In this document: piece by piece, positions 1-10,308 of the stretch
How the letters are laid out: each line of letters begins with the position of its first letter
Numbering within the stretch: position 1 is the stretch's first letter
Origin: Octopus bimaculoides
Taxonomy: Eukaryota
Assembly: GCF_001194135.2 (NCBI RefSeq)
Contig: NC_069003.1
Span: forward strand, 27,438,526-27,472,341
Direction of reading: 5' to 3'
DNA length: 33,816 bases
Position numbers and translations under genes: made by a program
Notes under the pieces: model-generated
The model's input: only the letters and a program-made list of their open reading frames with translations
What the model was told of the DNA's origin: nothing
Database searches by the model: none

Positions 1-112
1 ACCATGCGCCTCCACAAATATAAATGTCAGGGGCGGGGAGGAGGAGGAAAAATAGCTCAGGAAGAAGGGGTAGTAAGTGGTGGTACATGAAACGTAAAGA
101 GTAGGTAATTGA

Positions 113-315
113 AATGTATCTTCTGCTATAGCCTCGGGCCGACCAAGGACTTATTAGTAGATTTGGTAGACGGAAACTGAAAGAAGCCCGTCGTGTGTGT
201 GTGTGTGTGTGTTTACGCTCCTTAACTTAACGGTTCGACAAAAGGGACGGCTAGAATAAGTATTGGGGTCGATACATTCAGCTAAAAAAAAATCTTCAAG
301 GCAGAGCTCTAGCAT
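113..315 (+). mobile_element. Family B SINE fragment
   Basis: CTATAGCCTCGGGCCGACCAAGG...GGTAGACGGAAACTGAAAGAAGCCCGTCG(TG)n. Confidence 0.75.
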
Positions 316-1262
316 GGCTTTTTTTAAAACATCGAATGACTATGGAGGGTCCAGGAGAGTAAAATAGGAATGAAAGGGATAAAAAAAAAAAAAACGATGG
401 AGAAGTACTGATTTAGTATCCATCTCCTGTTCTTGGACAGCAAAAGCTTAGCGTTCTAGGTAAGACGTATTTATAGGATGTCCAAGGGAGGCTACTCTGC
501 CTGTCAATGACGTTTGTATCTTCTCAGTCAATAGGCTATGTGCCCATGCATACCTTTCTGTTCGTTTGATGGACTGTTTCTCCTCAAATCTCCGTTTATG
601 TAGGTCAGTCCAGCTATCCTTGGTTCATATCGAACAGCTGTATGGCTAATCATTTCTTTTTTAACGATTCAGATAGTATTAAGTGACGGGATTCTGGTAT
701 AAGCATTCTATATAATCATAACTTATATTTGGAAATTTCCAGAAAATTTTTGCGAATTTCTGTTAAACATACAGGAATTCAAACGATTATGTAAAATCAA
801 AAAAAGGCAAATTGTGATTTAAGGGCGATTTAGCTGTTATTTTTAACACATCTCATGACCACCTTCCTCGTTTCTTTGTCACTCCGACTTTCTCACTATA
901 AACACATTTAATGGTGCATTGCTGAGATTTATAACTATAATGACATTCGGAAAATAGTATTATGAAAAGAAGTAGATTTTGAAAGTTAGGGAAACACTTT
1001 CCGGAGAATATTCCTGGTAACTTAAGTGGAACTTATTTAATAAAATTCTTATTCCCTTATGCACCGTAATTAGCGAGACTGACGCAGTGGTTAAACAAAA
1101 TTATTCTGTATTTTGATAATTCTTGAAATCTAAATATAATTTTATGAAAATGACTGATAAAATTAATATCTATAACAGTAATTAAATTAATGAACAAAAG
1201 TTCTAATACTTTTATTTCCGAATTAAACATATAATTACTTTTTAGTCGAAGTGATTATTGTA

Positions 1263-1455
1263 CCGGAAGTTCGGTCTTTTTCGCCGGCAACGTGATTCAA
1301 GTAAAAGAATTTCTAAAATTAATATTTATTCAAACAATCAATACCAACTGAATTATATAAATTCTAAAAATTATTTTCTTTTTCTTTTTTAATAAATAAA
1401 AATAAACAATCATTGAAATAATTTTTCATTTGCAAATGTAAGTTGTAGCGGAAGT
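1263..1455 (+). promoter_or_regulatory. Candidate TATA-less FARSA promoter with two ETS/GABP-type motifs
   Basis: CCGGAAGT at 1263-1270 and GCGGAAGT at 1448-1455 in locally CpG-containing sequence just upstream of the ATG; ETS motifs are typical of housekeeping promoters. Confidence 0.45.
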
Positions 1456-1495
1456 TTAGTGCGAGGCTACAGTCCAGTGGCTTGTGTTGATCACG

Positions 1496-1633
1496 ATGTC
1501 CGACTTACAACAGTCGTTGCTGTCTTACATCGATGATAAAGATTCCGTGGATACATTACAACTGGCTCAGGAATGGAATGTGGACCATCAGAAAATCGTC
1601 GGAGTTGTCAAAAGCTTGCAGGCCCTTGGAGAG
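1496..1633 (+). CDS. FARSA: FARSA coding exon 1
   Basis: MSDLQQ...[10 protein letters not shown]; donor GAG|GTTGAC. Confidence 0.9.
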
Positions 1634-3140
1634 GTTGACATACGTTTATTATTATATTCACAGTTTATTGTTTTGTTTCTGAGATGAAATGATGATGCAA
1701 TCGTATTTATGGCTTACATGAGGAGAGAGGGTCGGTATCCAGGCTCCTTTACAAGTTTTCCGTCACTGGTTGTAGGGAAGACAGAGGGGATACTCAAATA
1801 GAAAAACTTGACCCGAATGTTTGCTGTAATGTGAACCAATCTAAAGGCACGCAAGAGCCAGGTGGTGAGGTTAAGCCGGTTATTACATCTACTTACAACC
1901 CAAGTTGGTGACAACGGGATTTGAACTCTGCAGAGCCAGAGCAAATACCGCAATACGTCTCGTCCGATGCTGAGACAATTCTACCTGTCCATTACCCAAG
2001 GCTAATTACTTTATTTATCAATCTCTAGCCAGGGTTCTGGCTTAGTTAAAGAGAACTTATGCCATAAAGAGAGTCGGCTAAGCTTAATAAGTGGAACCTA
2101 TAGACGCATAAACTGAACAATTACCGTTCTACGTATACAGTACCCACGCCTTTCTATGTGCCATGCAACGCATTCCGTATCGCAGTCTGGACGTGTATTC
2201 TTTCGTCTGTCCGGGCTGTTCAATACAGCTGTTTCAGTTCTGTAGTCCCCAAGTTCTCATCTGGTAGTCTTAGGTTATCAACCAGGTGCGATCTACTGTT
2301 TTCGTGTTTCAATTATACCATACTTCTGCTTCCCTGATCAAAGACGTTCCAGCCGGGACCATTTTGTCTTTTTATGTCCTTTATTATTTAAAGCGGCCGA
2401 GTGTGATTTAAATCTGGGTTATTCACGATTTTTTTTCTTCGTGTATCACTTTCAGTTTTGTCAATGAGCAGGTAGTATTATTTCTTTGGTGACTGCGATC
2501 ACACCTGTGGTCAACTTGTTAGTCTTAGGCTTGTTATGCCAACATTTGAATTTAGGTAACTAACTGCGTGCGGGTCGTCATNNNNNNNNNNNNNNNNNNN
2601 NNNNNNNNNNNNNNNNNNNNNNNNNNNNNNNNNNNNNNNNNNNNNNNNNNNNNNNNNNNNNNNNNNNNNNNNNNNNNNNNNNNNNNNNNNNNNNNNNNNN
2701 NNNNNNNNNNNNNNNNNNNNNNNNNNNNNNNNNNNNNNNNNNNNNNNNNNNNNNNNNNNNNNNNNNNNNNNNNNNNNNNNNNNNNNNNNNNNNNNNNNNN
2801 NNNNNNNNNNNNNNNNNNNNNNNNNNNNNNNNNNNNNNNNNNNNNNNNNNNNNNNNNNNNNNNNNNNNNNNNNNNNNNNNNNNNNNNNNNNNNNNNNNNN
2901 NNNNNNNNNNNNNNNNNNNNNNNNNNNNNNNNNNNNNNNNNNNNNNNNNNNNNNNNNNNNNNNNNNNNNNNNNNNNNNNNNNNNNNNNNNNNNNNNNNNN
3001 NNNNNNNNNNNNNNNNNNNNNNNNNNNNNNNNNNNNNNNNNNNNNNNNNNNNNNNNNNNNNNNNNNNNNNNNNNNNNNNNNNNNNNNNNNNNNNNNNNNN
3101 NNNNNNNNNNNNNNNNNNNNNNNNNNNNNNNNNNNNNNNN

Positions 3141-3182
<42 letters not shown>

Positions 3183-6100
3183 GTCATTATTCAGTTTTAT
3201 TTCAAGATTTCTTGCCGATAGAGAAGATGTATGTATGCACACACACACACACACGCGCGCATGCAAATGCACACAGACAAACCTACAAAAAACATCGGCC
3301 ACCAAACGAAATGATACTAATATATAAAAGTGAAAGTAATGTAACAACTTCAGTGATTATTCAGGTGTAAGTTCGTAAATCTTTTCCTTGTTACACCCGT
3401 TCCTTTCCCATAAGGTATGAGACTGGACGACAGCTGTTCCAAAACTGCACCGGTGTCTCTGCTATTCTTCTTTATAATTGTGAAAAACATGAACATCATA
3501 TAATCACAGCCCCTCTCCGGCATTGTGTTTCATTATGAATTATTTTTTTTACTTATCAACTGTCTGGCTCCCTAGAAGAATCAGAGGTATTTAATTTAAG
3601 GGGTTTTATGTTTTCAAACATAAAGCAGACTCAATTAAGCCCTACTTAAATACAGGTCCCGATGCATCTATACGTAATGATGTTTTTACAATACACATTC
3701 GTTAGGGTTCTTAGTTTTAGGGGTTAGGGTTAAGATTACGTAGATGCGTCGGGATCTCTGTATTTGAGTAGTACCCTTGATTGTTAGCTGGCAAAGAAAA
3801 CGTACAGCGTAGTAACAACCAGTTTATCAAGTCACTGATATTAATTTACATGGCGTTAATTATTATTGTCGACTTCGGCTCATGTATATCCCTGTTCTAC
3901 GTAAAATGAAATAGTTTGATTTTAATGTGATTTAGCTGATATTGCGGTGCCCCTTTAGAAACGCACCTCTCCAAGAAAATGAAATGCAATTTTCTAAAAA
4001 AAATATTGGGAAGATTCATCTATTTTTAAATATTTTATACTAAAAAATAAAACACGGAAAACGGGCACTCGCCAATATAAACAAACACGTCAGACGATGT
4101 ATCATATATTATTAATGATACGAGGGGCCCGACAATAACGTTTGCAAATTCTTTATAGTTTTTAATCAGATTTTTTTTTACTGCGCACAGTGGTTAGGGT
4201 TAGGTGGTGTGGACTCGCTTTGCCTTCGCTCATTTTATGATGTGTTATTTCCCGTTCAGGCATAAAATTTGACATAATAGTATGTATTAGTTATAAACTG
4301 ACTTTTAAGAAAAAGATTGTGAAACGGTCTTCTTGCAATTCGCAGACGATATTGTCGGGCCCCTTGTATCATTAATAATATCTCGAAAGACTCCCCCGCC
4401 TTTTCTCCCAAATTTGCTTATTTAAAAAAAAATTTTTGCCAAAAATCCCCGTTTTCGGATACGGAGGTTCTAGAAAATTGCCAAAAATCGGCAGTGTGAA
4501 AATTTTTTCCTCCCCTCTCCCAACCAACTTTTCAATTTTGACTTTTTTCCCCCCACTAACCCTGACCCTTGTATAAATAATGCATTGTTTCTTTTCTTTT
4601 CACTTTGCTTACAGATCATCGATGTCGAACAGAAAAGCGGCAAGAAACTTGAACTTACTGAAGAAGGGCAAACAATCTGTAATTCTGGAAGTTATGAAGC
4701 TTTGATATATAATTCAATTCCTGAAGGTGGAATTCTTCAGTCGGAAATTATGGTAAGTTGTTAGGCAATACTGCTAGCAGATTGGTTTGGCAAGATTTGC
4801 TGGGTTAGAGGACTAAATATTGCTCCAGTGTCTTAATTTTGACATTGTTTCTACAGCTGGATGCCCTTCCTAATGCCAACTCCTTTACGCTTTACGGAGT
4901 ATACTGGATGCATTATATCCTGGCACCAGCGCTATAGACGTTGCTTTGTCCTCGATACAACTAAAGAATCTTCTCAACGTTTTGGTATAGCAATCCCGTT
5001 ACATAGTATTTTTGTGATAAAGCATTTGTTTACATTTATCCAATGTATATGAATTACATGCCACTGTGATTGCTAAAATTTCTAGTATTGATCATAAGAT
5101 ACAAGCTACTATCATCACCACCACCATCATCATCATTTAATTTGTTTTACATGTTAGCATGGGTTGGATGGTTTGACGGGAGCTGGAGAGCAGCTCCAAT
5201 TGTCTGTTCTGGCTTGGTTTCTACAGCTGGATGCCCTTCCTAATGCCAACCAATTTACAGAGTGTACTTGGATGTATTTTATCCTGGCACCAACACTGTA
5301 GATATTGCTTTGTCCCCAGCATAACTAAAGAGTTGGTGGTGGTGGTGGTGGCAGTGATGGTATTGATAGAGATACAATGTTGGAGATGATGATGGTGGTG
5401 GTGGTGTTGATGGCAGTGATGGTGATTGGTGGTGGTGGTGGTGGTGCCAGTGATGGTGATGATAGTGATACAATGATGGTGACAGTGATGATGATGATGA
5501 CGGTTGTGATGATGATGATGGTAGTGGTGGTGACTGATGGTGATACTAGCAGTAAAGTGATGTTGATGATAGTATTAATGATAGTGTTGATGATGATGAT
5601 GGTGACTGATGATGATGGTGACTGATGATGTTGTTGATGTAAAATTGTGAGATGAGGAGGAGGAAGAAGAAGATTAGGAAGACATTAATTTTCTATGTTT
5701 TTGTTATTTCAGAAAAATGTGCCCAATGCTAAAATTGGTTTCAACAAAGCTATGTCTGCTGGTTGGATTAGAATCGACAAAACTGCTGAGGGTGGACCAA
5801 GAATTTACAAGAAGGTAAAGTATTTTGTCTCCCTCGATAATATTCAGGGAATGAAAGGGTAGCAAGTTGGCAGAATCACTAGCACACCGGGCAAAATGCT
5901 TAGCACCATTTCATCTGTCTTTACATTCTGAGTTCAAATTCCACCAAGGTCAACTTTGCCTTTCATCCTTTTGGGGGGTCAAATAAATAAGTACCAGGAT
6001 GAGTATGGGGATTGATGTAATCAACTTACCCCTTCCCCTGAAATTGTTGTCCTTGTGCCAAAATCTGAAACCAATATTCTTTTCTACTCTAGGCACAAGG

Positions 6101-8982
6101 CCTGAAATTTTTAGGGAAGGGGGCCAGTCAATTAGATTGACCCTAATACACAACTGGTACTTAATTTATTGATCCCAAAAGGATGAAAGGCAAAGTCGAC
6201 CGTGGCAGAATTTGAAACCAATATTATTTAGGGAATCATGTTAGGGTCTTATTTGTTTCTGGTGGGGCAAAGTGTTTTGTGTATAAAATAGAATTAATAA
6301 ACTATCAATGGTATGTTATAAGGCTGGCAGCTTGCAGAGATGGTTAGCATGTCGGACGAAATGCCTGGTGGATAAGATGTAAAAGATAATTGTCTGTATG
6401 TCGTCTCTTGTTATTTTCTTTAGGTGGAGAAAATTGAAGACAAAGTACAAGAAACATTGAAGCAGCTACACAGTCTCTCACTTCCTGATGCACAATGTAA
6501 AGATTTCAAGAAAAGAAAGTTGATTGTAGAAAGGTGAGAGGCTACACCTATCAAACCCCCAATCCCACTACTTCTTTATTATCATCTTCACCATTATCAT
6601 CATTTTAGCATTCACTTTTCCAAACTTGTATGGGTTTTATGCAAGTTGTTGTCATGGTGGATTTTTCTACAGACTGTGTGATAAATTGGATATACTTCTA
6701 CAGCACACAAAAAATTTCTTCAGGTCGAGTAGCCCATGCTGCTCATATAGTCGTTTAATAAGGGTTGTTTAAGGATGTTGAACTGAACACCCATGTTTCC
6801 AGAGGTGAATTATTCTAACTCCAAAGAGTTCCTTTCATCACATGGCTTACTATTATTATTATTGTTATTATTATTATTGCTTAGGGTCGATTTAGAGTTA
6901 AACAACATCAATAACGTTATCACACCTGTAATGTTGTTTTATATTATCTTCCAGCAAAGTAAACAGCTTCATTATATCAAAAGGACCAAATTTTACACTG
7001 AAGATTAGTAAACCTGAAATTGACTTAACACCTGAAATGATTGCCAGGTAAGAAATATAGTTGTTATACATATTAACCCTTTAGCATTTAAACCGCTCAT
7101 ATCCAGCCCAGATATTTTACTGGTTTTATAGTCAAACCAACCAGATCCAACCTCTCACACCTACCCTACATTGTCATTTTAAAGATAAGCAATCACATCG
7201 TTGAAACCACAAAGCTACGTGATAGTGCATGATTAACACTGTTTAACATGATTTTTGTCCTTGGGTAGCAACTGTTATTTGGTAATTCCTTATTCCTAGA
7301 AAGTATGAAAAATGGCTAATATTTCCTTCAAACCTTGCTTTTGTTACAATATTTATTCAAGCCCCAAAGAATCCCTCGCAACACATGGCTATAATGCTCC
7401 CCCACTACTCATCAGAGAAGCTTGTATTGTCGGCCCCTAAGGGACCTGCTCAAGTGGTTATGGTCAAGCAACTGACAAGCAAATCCGTAATATTGAGCAG
7501 AATATTTGCTCTAATGATATTTCTGCTTCAGCAACTCAGTGCTGAATCCGTCTGAAGTGTGACGGAAAATATGTCAGTTTCAAAACATTGATGTCCAGGT
7601 CACAAAAGCAAAATTTGAAGGGAATAGTAGTCATTTCCTTTGATTTCTAGATAGAAGCAAATAGGAAATAAGATTTACTGACCAAAAACAAAAAAAAGAT
7701 AAAAATTTTGTTTCACACTGTAATTTAAAACATTGGGAATAAATAAGCATTACATTTGATGGAGTAATCTGAATGCTAAAAAATTAAGATAGGGTGGTCA
7801 TCTACTTTCAAGTGAAAAAATATGGGCAGTTTACTTGTTAATGTAAAGGCAGCCACCTATTGTTAGGTAAGAAATATGGTTTTTATTCCCCCATAAATTT
7901 ATACCCTGTTACCAACATCATAAAAAGACATAAATGAATACCTTTGTCGTCGTTGTTGTTGTTATGAATATATATATATATCTATATCTATAAAACAGAG
8001 TTTTTGTGTGTGGTGCGTATGTGCCTTATGGATTTGAAAACTGAGTTGCTGGTTTTGATATATGAGGTATCAAAAGATTCAGTAACCTTTCAGCTAGTGA
8101 ATAAAGTATGTTTTTTGCACATCTCTTTTTACTACAAAAATAACCCTGAAAAGGAGGTTGGGTTGCACAATTTTGAGGTCATTTTCAGGCAATATTCTGA
8201 TTTGCTTGTAATCTACATTGCCAATTGTAATGTTTTTAGTGTCAAAAAAATGCAGCAATGTACAAGAAGTGTTATGAGTGCATTTTTGATGCACAAACCA
8301 GCAGCCACAAAGAGAGTATATCTACTGAGAGCTTTTTGGTGCGTTCAAAAATCACATATCCCCACTCACTTTTCCATGGCAGGATTAGAGCTTGGAATCT
8401 TCCAAACAGACGCATGACATGTCACTTAGTCAAATTAGCCCTTCATTTACTCCACAATTGTTTTGTTGTCAATGCTGCACTTCCCTGTATCACATGTTTC
8501 GATTTAACTGTACTATATATATATATACAAACTATGCCATTTAAATCCTGAGCAACGCCAAGTATTCTGCTAGTATATATATATATATATGTTGTTTTCT
8601 ACTGTTTCCCCCAACCAGTGGTTCATGGAAAACCTTCCAGTTCAAACCTTACAATTTCAATGCCAGGGGTGTGTTACCGCCATCTGGACACCTCCACCCT
8701 CTGTTGAAAGTCAGGGCTCAGTATATGAAGATTTTCTTGGAGATGGGGTAAGTGACTCATTTTGCTATATTTTTGCTAACATGTTCATGTATTATAATAT
8801 TATATATATAACAGACGTTATTTAATGAGATACATCTTGTCACCTGAAGAGATGCATCTACGCCAACGGATACACCTAAACCAGATGTTCAGTATCTCAC
8901 CATTAAGGAATCTATGCTAGATAGGTTGAAACAAGTGTAGTGATCAATAAACAATCTCGTATCTTCCGTCTCTCTCATTAAT

Positions 8983-9025
<43 letters not shown>

Positions 9026-10277
9026 NNNNNNNNNNNNNNNNNNNNNNNNNNNNNNNNNNNNNNNNNNNNNNNNNNNNNNNNNNNNNNNNNNNNNNNNNNN
9101 NNNNNNNNNNNNNNNNNNNNNNNNNNNNNNNNNNNNNNNNNNNNNNNNNNNNNNNNNNNNNNNNNNNNNNNNNNNNNNNNNNNNNNNNNNNNNNNNNNNN
9201 NNNNNNNNNNNNNNNTATATATATATATTCACAGACACACACACACATACGAAGGCTGTGAGTTGGCAGAATCGTTAGCACACTTAAGGCGGCGAGCTGG
9301 CAGAATCGTTAGCACGCAGAGTGAAATGCTTAGCGGTATTTCGTCGGCTGTAACGTTCTGAGTTCAAATTCCGTCGAGGCCGACTTTGCCTTTCATCCTT
9401 TCAGGGTCGATAACTTAAGTACCAGTTATGCACTGGGGTCGATGTAATCGACTTAACCCCTTTGTCTGTCCTTGTTTGTCCCCTCTATGTTTAGCCCCTT
9501 GTGGGTAATAAAGAAATAAGAAACGTTAGCACACTTGGTGAAATTCTTTGCAGTATTTCTTTTGTTCTGAGTTCAAATCCTGCTGAGGTCGACTTCACTT
9601 TTCTGTGATATTTTATTGTATTTTTCTATTGTATAATTTCCACTGAAGTTCATAGAATATTGAATGAAAAATGTACATGTGGAAAAATTTTCTTTTTTTT
9701 TTCAGATTTTCAGAAATGGCTACTAATAACTTTGTTGAAAGTAGTTTCTGGAACTTTGATGCCCTTTTCCAACCTCAGCAACATCCTGCTCGTGATGCCC
9801 ACGACACTTTCTTCATATCAGGTAAAATGGCTTTGTTTTCAGACCTGCCCCTTCCCTGTGCACTTTCGCATGTGAATAGTTCTTGCTTGTTATTTTTGTG
9901 TTGCTCAGTCAATCTACTCTAACCCTTTAGCATTGTCGTTCTCAACCCATTTTTTTTTATCCATGGACCCTTTCATCATAATCATCATCTAACATCCATT
10001 CTCCATGTAGGTACAGGTTGGACGGTTTGACTGGAGATGCTAAGCTCTGGACATTAATATAATGATGATAATGATAACACACACACACTCATAAATACAT
10101 GCATATGACATGCACAGGCACAGCATGGCTGTGTGGTAAGAAGCTTGCTTCCCAACCTCATGGTTCCGGGTTCAGTCCCACTGCGTGGCAACTTGGGCAA
10201 GTGACTTCTACTAGCCTGGGGCTGACCAAAGCCTTGTGAGTGGATTTGGTAGACAGAAACTGAAAGAAGCCTGTCGT

Positions 10278-10308
<31 letters not shown>

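Noticed and set aside
400-665. Possible exon of a divergent gene or decayed RTE LINE on minus strand (MISHTAVRYEPRIAG...)
   Set aside because: No convincing homology in any single frame; weak RTE resemblance needs several frameshifts.
2511-3347. Long ORFs of 211-278 aa (also 15051-15565 and 8978-9281)
   Set aside because: They are open only because they run through N gaps and (TA)n.
5279-5625. Poly-His and poly-Met/Val ORFs
   Set aside because: Trinucleotide repeat inside FARSA intron 2; no exon signals needed for the CDS.
8004-8551. 137-aa and 97-aa ORFs
   Set aside because: Inside the non-autonomous Helitron; no recognisable domain.
9026-9215. Possibility that a FARSA exon is hidden in this gap
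   Set aside because: The expected exon is present at 8619-8747 and the full CDS assembles in frame without the gap.
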